DNA from: an uncultured Actinomycetes bacterium
Lineage (GTDB): Bacteria; Actinomycetota; UBA4738; HRBIN12
Reading direction: 5' to 3'
Length of the DNA stretch: 64,000 bases
Assembly: GCA_963790335.1 (NCBI GenBank)
Contig: CAWBOB010000003.1
Span: forward strand, 223,191 to 287,190
The notes beneath the pieces were generated by a model, which worked only from the letters and a program-made list of their open reading frames with translations, had not been told where the DNA came from and did no database searches. Shown here piece by piece: positions 43,547-53,807 of this stretch; the stretch's first letter is position 1; every line of letters begins with the position of its first letter. Both the position numbers and the translations under genes were made by a program.

Positions 43547-44190
43547 GCGAACAGTCACCGTCCGACCACGACGGCTTCACCATCTGGTTCACCGGACTCT
43601 CGGGTTCGGGGAAGTCGACGATCGCCGAGATGCTCTTCCACGAGCTGCGTGCTCGAGGGCTGAGGACCGAGATCCTCGACGGCGACGAAGTGCGCAAGAA
43701 CCTCTCCAAAGGCTTGGGGTTCTCCAAGGAAGACCGCGACACGAACATCATGCGCATCGGGTTCGTGGCGGATCTGCTGACTCGCAACGGTGTCGCGACG
43801 ATCTGCTGCCCGATCAGCCCGTACAAGGAGACGCGCGACGCCTGCCGCGAGATGATCGGCGAGTTCGTCGAGGTCTACGTGCACGCGACGGTCGACGAGA
43901 TCGCGGCGCACCGCGACCCGAAGGGCCTCTACAAGAAGGCACTCGCGGGTGAGATCAAGGAGTTCACCGGCGTCAGTCCGGACGCCCCGTACGAGGTGCC
44001 CGAGCACCCGGAGATCACGGTCGACACGTTGAGCCAGGCGCCCGAGGACTCGTTGCAGCACGTGCTCACCCGGCTGAAGGAGCTCGGGCGTATCGACGAC
44101 GACGCCGTGCTCGTGACCGGCGACCGTGCGCACTCGGGCATGACCGACCTGCGGGTGACCGAGGCCGGCACCGTGGTCAAGGAGCACTGA
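43543..44190 (+). CDS. cysC: Adenylyl-sulfate (APS) kinase
   Basis: GFTIWFTGLSGSGKSTIA...LDGDEVRKNLSKGLGFSKEDRDTNIMRIGFVA...DPKGLYKKA; GTGA overlap with the upstream gene; about 30 extra C-terminal residues. Confidence 0.88.
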   Translation: MSEQSPSDHDGFTIWFTGLSGSGKSTIAEMLFHELRARGLRTEILDGDEVRKNLSKGLGFSKEDRDTNIMRIGFVADLLTRNGVATICCPISPYKETRDACREMIGEFVEVYVHATVDEIAAHRDPKGLYKKALAGEIKEFTGVSPDAPYEVPEHPEITVDTLSQAPEDSLQHVLTRLKELGRIDDDAVLVTGDRAHSGMTDLRVTEAGTVVKEH

Positions 44191-44233
44191 CACGTACGAC
44201 GCGATCGTCTGCGGCGGAGGCACCGCGGGCTGC

Positions 44234-45673
44234 GTGCTTGCCGGGCGCCTCGTCGAGTCCGGTCGCCGCGTACTGGTTCTCGAGGCCGGCCCTGATCACG
44301 GTGGATACAGCGAGGGCCGTTGGCCGGCGGATCTGATCGACGCGCGGACCCTTCCCTTCTCGCACGACTGGGGCTACACCTCCGGGCGTGAGCTGCCCGG
44401 CCGCTCGCTCAACTACGAACGGGCGAGGGTGATCGGGGGGTGCTCCGCTCACAACGGATGCACCGTCTCTTGGGGGCACCGCGCCGACTACGACGGCTGG
44501 GCCGCGATGGGGCTCGTCGGATGGTCGGCCGAAGACCTCGAGCCGGTGTTCCGCGAGGCCTCGGCACGGCTCCGGGTGCGGCGGTTCGACGACGACGAGA
44601 TCGCACCGTTCCACCGGGCGTTCATCGAGGCCGGCGCGGCGATGGACCTGCCGGAGATCGACGATCTCGAGTCGCTCGACGGAGGCCCGGGCGTCTGCGC
44701 CGAGCCGTCGAACAGTCCCGGAGGCATCCGATGGAACGCCGCGTTCGCCTACCTCGATCCGGTGCGCTCGAAGGCCGAGCTCACGATCGGCGCCGAGACG
44801 ATCGTCGACCGGGTGCTGATCGAGGGCGGCCGTGCCGTCGGGGTCCGGGCGATCGGACCGAGCGGCCCGTTCGAGGTCGGGGCCGAGATGATCGTCGTGT
44901 GCGGCGGCACCTACGGATCGCCGGCGATCCTGCTGCGGAGCGGGCTCGGTCCCGCCGACGAGCTCAGGGGTCTCGGGGTCGACGTGATCGAGGACCTTCC
45001 CGTCGGGCGGAACCTCCACGATCAGCCGAGCTTCGAGTTGATCTTCGCGCCGAGCGACGAGCTGGAACGACGCACCCGGGCGTTCGAGGCCGCAGGGCGC
45101 ACCGTGCCCGATGAGCAGGGGTTCGCCAAGGCCGAGAGCGGCCGAGCGCAGGCCGACGGTGAGCCGTTCGACCTGCACGTGTTCCCCGAGATCGCGCTCG
45201 ACGGCCGCCTCGGGGTCTTCGTGGCGATGCTCACGCCGCTGAGCCGCGGCGCACTCACGATCGGAGATCTCGACCCCGAGGCCGCGCCGCGCATCGACCA
45301 CGCCCTCTTGAGCGACGCCGAGGGCCATGACGTGGAAGCGTTGCTCGACGGCATCGAGTTCGGGCGCACGTTCGCCTCGACCGAGCCGTTCGCCTCGATG
45401 CTCGATCGTGAGCTCGAGCCGGGTCCCAGCGCTCCCGCGCGCCACGACCTGCGTGAGGCCGCGCGACGCGGCGTGATCCACTACTGGCACCCGGTCGGCA
45501 CGTGCTCGATGGGCGCCGTGACCGACCCCTCCGGGCACGTGCCCGGCGTCGAGGGCCTCGTGGTTGCCGACGCCTCGGTCATGCCGGTGGTTCCGCGCGC
45601 CACGACGAACGTCCCGACGGTGGTCGTCGCGGAACGGATCGCCGCGGGTCTCATCGCATCACCGCCGGCCTGA
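44234..45673 (+). CDS. GMC-family FAD oxidoreductase (choline dehydrogenase/cholesterol oxidase-like); true 5' end unresolved
   Basis: ...SAHNGC...HYWHPVGTCSMG...VVADASVMPVVPRATTNVPT. The in-frame N-terminal FAD motif YDAIVCGGGTAGCVLAGRL (from 44195) lies upstream of the first canonical start (GTG 44234). Confidence 0.8.
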   Translation: MLAGRLVESGRRVLVLEAGPDHGGYSEGRWPADLIDARTLPFSHDWGYTSGRELPGRSLNYERARVIGGCSAHNGCTVSWGHRADYDGWAAMGLVGWSAEDLEPVFREASARLRVRRFDDDEIAPFHRAFIEAGAAMDLPEIDDLESLDGGPGVCAEPSNSPGGIRWNAAFAYLDPVRSKAELTIGAETIVDRVLIEGGRAVGVRAIGPSGPFEVGAEMIVVCGGTYGSPAILLRSGLGPADELRGLGVDVIEDLPVGRNLHDQPSFELIFAPSDELERRTRAFEAAGRTVPDEQGFAKAESGRAQADGEPFDLHVFPEIALDGRLGVFVAMLTPLSRGALTIGDLDPEAAPRIDHALLSDAEGHDVEALLDGIEFGRTFASTEPFASMLDRELEPGPSAPARHDLREAARRGVIHYWHPVGTCSMGAVTDPSGHVPGVEGLVVADASVMPVVPRATTNVPTVVVAERIAAGLIASPPA

Positions 45674-45717
45674 TCGGGGCGCCGGAGGGCGTCTGTTACC
45701 CTGCGTCCATGGAGAGG

Positions 45718-45747
45718 TGACGCCCATCGGGGAACCGGTGGGCGTCA
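45718..45747 (+). terminator. Hairpin between the GMC gene and the guaB3-like gene (terminator or attenuator candidate)
   Basis: TGACGCCCA-N12-TGGGCGTCA, 9-bp stem. Confidence 0.3.
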
Positions 45748-45769
45748 TGCGTTCGGGGCCGAGACAGGG

Positions 45770-46936
45770 GTGGACATGGAGTTCGAGATCGGCATCGGCA
45801 AGACCGCCAGACGGGCGTACGGCTTCGACGAGGTCGCGATCGTGCCCTCACGGCGCACGCGCGACCCCCAAGACGTGAGCATCGAATGGGAGATCGACGC
45901 CTACACGTTCGGGCTCCCGATGATGGCGAGCGCCATGGATGCGGGGGTCTCGCCGGCGACCGCCGTCGCCATCGGCAAGCTCGGCGGGCTCGCCTGCTTG
46001 AACCTCGAGGGCCTCTGGACGCGGTACGAGGACCCCGACCCGATCTACGAGGAGATCGCCGCGCTGCCCGACGAGAAGGCGACCCGGCGCATGCAGGAGA
46101 TCTACGCCGAGCCCATCAAGGAAGAGCTGATCGGCCGCCGTATCGAGGAGATCAAGGCGGGTGGCGTGACGACGAGCGCGTCCATCACCCCCCAGCGCGT
46201 GGAGCGATACTCGAAGCTCGTGCTCGACGCGGGTCTCGACATCCTGGTGATCCAAGGCACCGTCGTCTCGGGTGAGCACGTGTCGAGCCAGCAGGATCCG
46301 CTCAACCTCAAGGAGTTCATCCCTGCCTTCGACATCCCGGTGATCGTGGGCGGCTGCGCCTCGTACGCGACGGCCCTGCACCTGATGCGCACCGGCGCGG
46401 TCGGGGTGCTGGTCGGCGTCGGCCCCGGCAACGCCTGCACCACCCGAGGCGTGCTCGGGGTCGGCGTGCCGCAGGCGACCGCGATCGCCGATGCGGCGGC
46501 AGCACGACGTGAGCACCAGCACGAGACCGGGCGCTACTGCCACGTCATCGCCGATGGGGGCATGCGCACCGGCGGCGATATCGCGAAGGCGATCGCGTGC
46601 GGCGCCGACGCTGTGATGATCGGCTCGCCGATGACGCGCGCCTACGAGGCGCCCGGCCGCGGGTACCACTGGGGCATGGCGACCTTCCACCCGACGCTTC
46701 CCCGTGGCGCTCGGGTGAAGACCGAACAGGTCGCGACGATCGAGGAGATCCTCACCGGTCCGGCCCACGAGAACGACGGCACCTTCAACCTGTTCGGCGC
46801 CCTCGCGACGTCGATGGCCACGACCGGCTACGAGACGATCAAGGAGTTCCAGAAGGCGGAGCTCGTGATCGCCCCATCGATCAAGACCGAAGGCAAGATC
46901 TACCAGACGCAACAGCGCGTGGGCATGGGGCACTGA
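45770..46936 (+). CDS. GuaB3-like IMP-dehydrogenase-family protein (no CBS pair)
   Basis: 388 aa, [29 protein letters not shown]...LPMMASAMD...GGCASY...[12 protein letters not shown]...[10 protein letters not shown]; same position as M. tuberculosis guaB3 next to a GMC oxidase. Confidence 0.85.
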   Translation: MDMEFEIGIGKTARRAYGFDEVAIVPSRRTRDPQDVSIEWEIDAYTFGLPMMASAMDAGVSPATAVAIGKLGGLACLNLEGLWTRYEDPDPIYEEIAALPDEKATRRMQEIYAEPIKEELIGRRIEEIKAGGVTTSASITPQRVERYSKLVLDAGLDILVIQGTVVSGEHVSSQQDPLNLKEFIPAFDIPVIVGGCASYATALHLMRTGAVGVLVGVGPGNACTTRGVLGVGVPQATAIADAAAARREHQHETGRYCHVIADGGMRTGGDIAKAIACGADAVMIGSPMTRAYEAPGRGYHWGMATFHPTLPRGARVKTEQVATIEEILTGPAHENDGTFNLFGALATSMATTGYETIKEFQKAELVIAPSIKTEGKIYQTQQRVGMGH

Positions 46937-46939
46937 CCG

Positions 46940-48494
46940 GTGGTGTCCGACCCGCGCCCCGTGCTGGTCGTCGATCTCGGGCGCGCAGTACGCGCAGCTG
47001 ATCGCGCGGCGGGTGCGCGAGGCGCACGTCTACTCCGAGATCGTCGCCCACGATGTGCCGGCAGAAGAGGTTCGCGCGCTAGGCGGCCGGCCGGCATCGA
47101 TCCTGAGCGGTGGCCCCGCATCGGTGTACACGGCGAGGGGCTCCGCAGGTGGACCCCGGGTCTGTTCGACCTCGGAGTGCCGGTGCTCGGCATCTGCTAC
47201 GGGCATCAGCTGATGGCGCGAGCCCTCGGCGGCGAGGTGGCGGCCACCGGGCAGCGTGAGTACGGCGCGACGGAGCTCGCGATCGACGAGCGCGGCGGCG
47301 GTGTGCTGCTGCAGGATCTGCCGGCTCGCGACATCGTCTGGATGAGCCACGGTGATGCGGTCACGCGCGAGCCCTCAGGCTTCCGGGTGACCGCGGCGAC
47401 CGACCGGATCCCGATCGCGGCGATGGAGGACCCGGCGCGCGGCCTGTACGCCGTGCAGTTCCATCCGGAGGTGACCCACACCTCCCACGGACAGGACGTG
47501 ATGAAGCGGTTCCTCTACGACGGGTGCGACCTGCTTCCCGACTGGACGCCGACGAACATCATCGATGACCAGGTCGCGCGCATCCGCGAGCAGGTCGGTG
47601 ATTCGCATGTGCTCTGCGCGCTGAGCGGAGGGGTCGACTCCGCGGTGGCGGCGCTGCTCGTGCTATCGGGCGGTGGGGGACCAGCTCACGTGCGTCTTCG
47701 TCGACCACGGGCTGAACCGCGAGGGTGAGCCCGATCAGGTCGAGGAAGCGTTCGCCCGCCACTTCCAGGTGCCGCTCGTGCACGTGAAGGCCGCCGACCG
47801 GTTCCTCGCCCGGCTGGCGGGTGTGACCGATCCCGAGGTGAAGCGCAAGACGATCGGCGAGGAGTTCATCCGTGTCTTCGAGGAAGTCGCCCGCGAGCAC
47901 GCCGACGCGTCGTTCCTCGTGCAAGGCACGCTCTATCCAGACGTGATCGAGTCGGGCTCGAAGACCGCTGCCAACATCAAGAGCCACCACAACGTGGGCG
48001 GCCTGCCCGAGGACATGACGTTCGAGCTCGTCGAGCCGCTGCGTGACCTGTTCAAGGACGAGGTGCGCTCGGTGGGTGCCGAGCTCGGGCTGCCGGAGGA
48101 GATCGTGCAGCGTCAGCCGTTCCCGGGACCGGGGCTCGCGGTGCGCATCGTGGGCGAGGTGACCGCCGAGAACCTCGCGAAGGTCCGCGGGGCCGATTCG
48201 GTGGTTCGCGAGGAGATCAGGCGCGCCGGGCTGGATCGCGAGACGTGGCAGGCGTTCTGCGTGCTGCTCGCCGAGGTGGCGTCGGTGGGCGTGATGGGCG
48301 ACGGCCGCACCTACGAGAACCCGGTGATCGTGCGGGCGGTCACGAGCGAGGATGCGATGACCGCCGACTGGGCGCGGCTTCCCGACGACGTGCTCGACCG
48401 CATCTCGTCGCGGATCGTGCGTGAGGTGCCGGGTGTGAACCGGGTCGCCTACGACATCACGTCGAAGCCCCCCGGCACGATCGAGTGGGAGTAG
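46940..48494 (+). pseudogene. guaA: GMP synthase (glutamine-hydrolysing), four single-nt insertions (about 46982, 47136, 47161, 47664)
   Basis: The conserved sequence is recovered only by hopping frames: RPVLVVDLG | [21 protein letters not shown]...[12 protein letters not shown] | GAPQVDPG | [16 protein letters not shown]...[16 protein letters not shown] | [17 protein letters not shown]...PPGTIEWE. Confidence 0.9.
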
Positions 48495-48711
48495 TTCCGG
48501 CCTGCCCGGATGTGTCGTTCGCCTTGTCGGTGCCTGACCGTAGACTCGCCGATGTGCCGGTCGGCCGCCACCCAACGCTAATCGGCGACACCGATAGTGG
48601 GTCTCGCGATCACAGGCGCGACTCGTCGTCGACACCGATAGCGGTGTCGAGGGTCCCGCTACCGAGATCCGGCGCTGGCGGCCCGCGGCCTGCCTGACTT
48701 CACCGCGATGC

Positions 48712-49036
48712 TTGAGGCAGATCTCGCTGGCGCCGCGGCCGTTGCGACTTCCGGCCAATCTCGAACTTCGCCCCTCGGGTCTGGGCGAACTGATCCTCTC
48801 GGCCCGTGAACTGTCGGGCATGTCCCAGCGCGACCTGGCGGCGAGGGCTCGCACATCGCAGGCGGCAGTGACCGCGATCGAGACAGGGAACCGCGTCCCA
48901 ACCGTGCGCACGGCCATGCGGCTCGCGCAAGCAGCCGGTTTGGAGTTGATGGTCGGGCTCCGGACGCCCGGGCGCACGGGAGCCGGTCGTGCTCGGGGCC
49001 CTCATCGCGAACATCGAAGACGGGCTCGCCGACTGA
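48712..49036 (+). pseudogene. XRE-family helix-turn-helix regulator, probable frame break at about 48970
   Basis: The HTH is LGELILSARELSGMSQRDLAARARTSQAAVTAIETGNRVPTVRTAMRLAQAAGL. The listed ORF continues as an Arg-rich tail to 49158 overlapping the sortase. Frame 2 instead gives a protein-like end ...EPVVLGALIANIEDGLAD* at 49036. Confidence 0.45.
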
Positions 49037-49081
49037 CGTTCCGCTCGTCGCTCCTTCGGTCTTCGAGGGGCCGCCCGACCG

Positions 49082-49718
49082 CTAGGCGGGACCGCCGATC
49101 CGGCGGGCGGTCACGATCAGGCGCTCGCTGCTCGAGTACTTCGGGTGGCAGGTCGTGAGCACCAAGCGTGGGGCGCGGCGTCTGCGTGAGCACCCGGCCC
49201 GAGCCTTCCGACGGGATGACGAACACATCGTCGATCTCGTAGCGGTAGGTGCCGTAGCGGTGCGCACGATGATCTCGTCACCGCGGGTCAGCTCTTCGAG
49301 GTCGAAGAACGGGCGCCTGGTAGGTGGTGCGGTGTCCCGCGATGCCCACGCGGCCCGCGTCGTCCCAGGGGTCCGCCGTGTCGGGATAGTGGCCCGGCCC
49401 GTCCTTCAGGTCCTCGTAGCTCGTGCCCTGCACCACCATGAAGTTCACGTCGATCGCCGGGATCTCGATCTGGGCGTAGGCGTCGCCGAGCGGCACGCGG
49501 TCGGGAGCCGTCGAGGGATCGGCCGGCGCACCGCCGATATCGCGCTCGAACGCCGTGCGCAGGCGCTCCTGGGCCTCGGCGGTGTGCAGGCCCGTGCCCC
49601 AGAGCGACCACCCGACGTAGCCGGCGAAGCCGGCCGCCGCCATCAGGCAGACCATGCCGAACCAGTGCACGACGTGCGCCAGCCTCCGCGCGCCTGCCGC
49701 TCGACGGTCATCGTCCAA
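49082..49718 (-). pseudogene. Class E-type sortase, three frame breaks (about 49310, 49257, 49162)
   Basis: TTG 49718; TM anchor [19 protein letters not shown]; catalytic contexts GIAGHRTTY | FFDLEELTRGDEIIVRTA | YGTYRYEIDDVFVIPSEG...PTL | VLTTCHPKYSSSERLIVTARR are spread over three listed ORFs. Confidence 0.8.
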
Positions 49719-49744
49719 CGGTACCCTCAGGCTCGGCTTGCGTC

Positions 49745-52098
49745 GTGCATGCCACCTACACTGGCCTCGTGAACGCGGTCTCGCCCTTGATCGAGGGCCT
49801 GAACGACATCCAGACCGAAGCCGTCCTGCACACGGAGGGTCCGGTGCTGATCGTGGCGGGGGCCGGAAGCGGCAAGACCCGGGCGCTCACCCATCGCATC
49901 GCCTACCTGATCCGCGAACACGGGGTCTCGCCGTTCGAGATCCTCGCGATCACGTTCACGAACAAGGCCGCCCGCGAGATGGCTGAGCGTGTCGGAGGGC
50001 ATGCTCGGGCGAGCGGGTCACCAGGGGCATGTGGATCCTCACGTTCCACTCGACCTGTGCGCGCCTGCTCCGCCGTGAGCACACGCACCTGGGGGTGCCG
50101 AGCGGGTTCACGATCTACGACGACGGCGACACCGAGCGGCTGATCGCCGGCATCCTGAAGGACCTCGACCTCGACCCAAGCGGTTCCCGCCGCGGGCGAT
50201 GGCGAGCGGCATCTCGCGCGCGAAGGACCAGGTGATCGGGCCCGACGAGTTCGCCGAGCATGGCGCGCAACTTCTACGAGGAGACGATCGCGAAGGTGTA
50301 TCACCGCCTACGAAGCCCGCAAGGCGGCGCGGGGGCGCTCGACTTCGACGACCTGATCACGCGAGACCGTTCGGCTGTTCCGCGAGCACCCCGAGGTGCT
50401 GGACCACTACCAGGAGCGGTTCCGCTACCTGATGGTCGACGAGTACCAGGACACGAACCGCGCGCAGTACGAGCTGGTGAACATGCTCGCCGCGAAGCTA
50501 CCGCAACGTGTGCGTCGTGGGCGACGCCGACCAGGGCGTGTACAGCTGGCGCGGCGCCACGATCCAGAACATCTTGGACTTCGAGCGCGACTATCCCGAT
50601 GCGCAGGTGTTCCTGATGGAGCAGAACTACCGCTCCACGCAGAACATCCTGGAGATCGCCAACGCGCTGATCGAGCACAACCAGCAGCGCAAGCCGAAGG
50701 CGCTGTGGACCGAGGCCGGGTCACGGCGAGCTGATCGTGCGTTTCAGCGCCGAGGACGAGCACGAGGAAGCATTCTTCGTCGTCGACGAGATCGAACGAC
50801 TGCGCGAGACCGAGGGCTTCCGCTACTCCGACGTCGCGGTCTTCTATCGCACGAACGCGCAGTCGCGCGTGCTGGAGGACGTGCTGATGCGGGTCGGCAC
50901 GCCCTACCGCGTGTTCGGTGGCGTGCGGTTCTACCAGCGCAAGGAGATCAAGGACGTCCTCGGCGTACCTGCGCCTGCTGCTGAACCCGCAGGACGTGAT
51001 CTCGTTCCGCCGCGTGGTGAACACGCCCAAGCGTGGCATCGGCGACGCGACCGTCGCGGCCTGGAGTCGTTCGCCGAGACGAGGGCATCGACGTGCTCGA
51101 GGCGGTCGCCGCGTGGACGAGATCGCGGTGTTGCGACCCGGGCGAAGGGGGCGGTGGCCGGGTTCAACCAGATCATGGAGGCGATCCGGCGCCATCACGA
51201 CGACGGCGCTGGGCCCGCGCGCATGGTGGAGTTCGCGGCCTCGAGTCGGGCTACATCGTGGAGCTCGAAGAAGAGCGCACGGTCGACGCGCAGGGCCGTA
51301 TCGAGAACATCCAGGAGCTCGCGGGCGTGTCGCGGCCGAGCTGCTCACGCGCGAGCCCGACGCCGGCCTCGAGCAGTTCCTCGAGCAGGTGTCGCTGATC
51401 GGCGAGCAGGACGAGTACGACGAGGACGCATCGAGCGTCACGCTGATGACACTGCACATCGCCAAGGGACTCGAGTTCCCGATCGTGTTCATCGTCGGGA
51501 TGGAGGACGGCATCTTCCCGCACTTCCGATCGATGACCGACGCCGCGCCCTCGAGGAAGAACGCCGGCTCGCGTACGTGGGCATCACCCGGGCGCGACAG
51601 CGTCTCTATCTGACGCACGCCTGGAGCCGAACGCTCTTCGGCCAGAGCCAGTACAACCCGCCGTCTCGGTTCCTCGGCGAGATGCCGGAACACCTGTTCG
51701 ACGTGCGTGAGAGCGAGGGCTCGGCGACCGGATACGGCGGGCGGTACCGGGAGGTCGCGGAAGCCGTGTGACAGCGGGTGCCGGCCCAGGTCCGGGTTCA
51801 GGCGCCGGCGGGTACCCCGGCGCGGGCCGCGGCGGCGGACGCGTGATCGGCGGACGCCGCGAGCACGACGACGACGACCGTGCCCAGCGCCGACTGGACC
51901 CCCCCGCGACCACGAGGTGTTCCCGCTCGTGAGGTGCCCGTCATCGTGCCGGGCGACACCGTCGTGCACGAACGATGGGGCGAGGGCATCGTGCTCACCG
52001 TGAGCGGCAACGGCGACGGCGCCGAGGCCACGATCTCGTTCCCCGAGGTGGGGGAGAAGCGCGTGCTGCTCGCCTACGCCCCGCTAAGGAAAGCGTGA
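49745..52098 (+). pseudogene. pcrA: ATP-dependent DNA helicase PcrA/UvrD, at least 17 frame breaks
   Basis: All helicase motifs are present but scattered over 10 listed ORFs: [115 protein letters not shown], and the C-terminal domain GDTVVHERWGEGIV. GTG 49769 is an alternative start. Confidence 0.88.
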
Positions 52099-52105
52099 AG
52101 CGGGG

Positions 52106-53586
52106 CTATCTCGCCGACAGGACGTCCAGCACGTTGCGGGTGACCCGCTCGACATCGGGGTCGCCGACCCACGAGTCCGCAGGTCCAGTCGGTGACGCCG
52201 GCGTTGAAGACGGTGCCGCCGCCGTTGGGCTTCGTGAACACGCCGATGCAGGCATGGTTGTTCGTCACCCGGTGCACCTGGTCGCGCCAGCCCGGCCCGA
52301 ACACGGCCATCGCGGTGTTCTCGAGCTCGCCCGGCTCGTGCGCGTACCGGCTCGGCTGCTCGGCTTGACTCCAGAGGCGCGCCGGGGCGGTGGCCAGGAT
52401 CTCGAGCCCGTCGGGCGCGCCGTCGGCCCCGGTCGGGACGGGGAGGCCGTCGGGACCGGTCGTGAGCTCCACGCCGTCGACCTCGTAGGCCACGATCGAG
52501 TCGGCGCGGCCGAGCTCGTCGCCGTAGCGCAGATCCGTGCCCTCGAACGCCCAGTGCTCGGGGCCGCCACACCGTGTACGCGCCCGATCCGCGGGGCACG
52601 CCGAGGCCGTAGCGCGAGTAGCCGCCACGGGTGAAGGTGAGGCCGATCGTGCGCGTCTCGGGCCAGGCGATGCGCCGATCGCTCCACGGCCCGGTCACGA
52701 GTCGCTCGTCGGGGGTGCCGACGACCGGATCCTCGTCGGCCCGGTACTTGAAGCAGGTCATCGTGCGATGAGTCGTCGTCGAACCGCACCTGCCAGAAGC
52801 ACGTGTTCCCGCTGAAGGATCGCCGCGTTGCCGCCGGCGTCGGTGAAGGCGTCGAGGGCCTCGCGCATGCCCCACGACCAGTACTCGTCGTGGCCCACCG
52901 ATAGGTACAGACGGTGGCCGTCGAGCACCTCGGGGTGCTGCTCGAGGTCCTCGGAGATCGCGACGTCGACGCTCGTAGCCGCTCGACTCGGCCCAGCGGA
53001 CGAAGTCGCGCTCCCACGTCGCCCAGCCGGAGCCGCCGCTCCAGACCGACAGCCCGAGCGGCTCCGCCCACCGGAAGTACCACAGGCCCTCCCGGTCGGG
53101 TTCCGGTTGCATCTTGCGCCGCGCCGGTGACGGCTTGTCGAGGAAGCCGCGCGCGAGCGGACGTTCGAACGAGACCTGCGTCCCGCCCGTGTAGAGGCTC
53201 GGGCCGCCCCAGTCGTTGTAGGCGTTCCACGTGGACGTCGAGAGCACGAGCACGATCGGGGCGCGCGTCGCCCCGGGCTCCGGTCGCACCACGAAGAACG
53301 CGTCGGCGCGATCATCGCCCGCGGTGAGCGTCACGGAGTAGTAGCCGCTCCTCCAGTCCGCGCCGATCGGGATCTCGAGCGCCGCCGGCCAGCCGCACCC
53401 GTTCGCCGCTGCATCCGCCGGGGTGTCGAACGCCGTGCCTTCGATCGACCCTGCGCGCCAGACCACCTCGCGATCTGCGCCTTCCCGCGCGACCTCGGCG
53501 TCGAACGTCGTGGCATCGGTCGAGACGTGTAGCGGCAGCGTCTCGCCGGGCGTGGCCGATCGTGGAAAGCAGTACGCCTCGAGCAT
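52106..53586 (-). pseudogene. N,N-dimethylformamidase beta-subunit-like protein, at least 5 frame breaks (about 52971, 52818, 52770, 52561, 52164)
   Basis: MLEAYCFPRSATPGETL...LVLSTSTWNAYNDWGG...WAESSGYE | VDVAISEDLEQHPEVLDGHRLYLSVGHDEYWSWGMREAL...NAAI | FSGNTCFWQVRFDDD | TMTCFKYRADEDP...VWRP | EHWAFEGTDLRYGD...GTVFNAGVTDW...; own stop TAG at 52106-52108. Confidence 0.7.
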
Positions 53587-53590
53587 GCGG

Positions 53591-53755
53591 TTACCGGAAC
53601 AGCGCGAAGTAGCCCGCGACCAGGATCACCATGCCGGCCACGAGGGGAGCGACCACCCATGCCAGTCCGAGGCGTCCTCGGTACGGTCCCAACGTGCCGA
53701 CCTTGGTCGTCGGTTTCAGGCCGGGCGGTCGGATCTGGAGCTTCCTGCGAGCCAC
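53591..53755 (-). CDS. Possible 54-aa single-TM protein
   Basis: Own translation: VARRKLQIRPPGLKPTTKVGTLGPYRGRLGLAWVVAPLVAGMVILVAGYFALFR*. It ends 4 nt before the DMFase-like start. No clear SD and no homology recognised. Confidence 0.25.
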   Translation of the reverse strand: MARRKLQIRPPGLKPTTKVGTLGPYRGRLGLAWVVAPLVAGMVILVAGYFALFR

Positions 53756-53807
53756 GAGCCCAGTCTACGGCGGGTACAGTCGCCGCCCTGTCTGCGGGCG
53801 GTCTAGC

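Noticed and set aside
49037-49158. Arg-rich C-terminal extension of the XRE ORF overlapping the sortase 3' end
   Set aside because: Its composition is typical of an out-of-frame read-through. An alternative frame gives a short protein-like ending at 49036 that removes the overlap.
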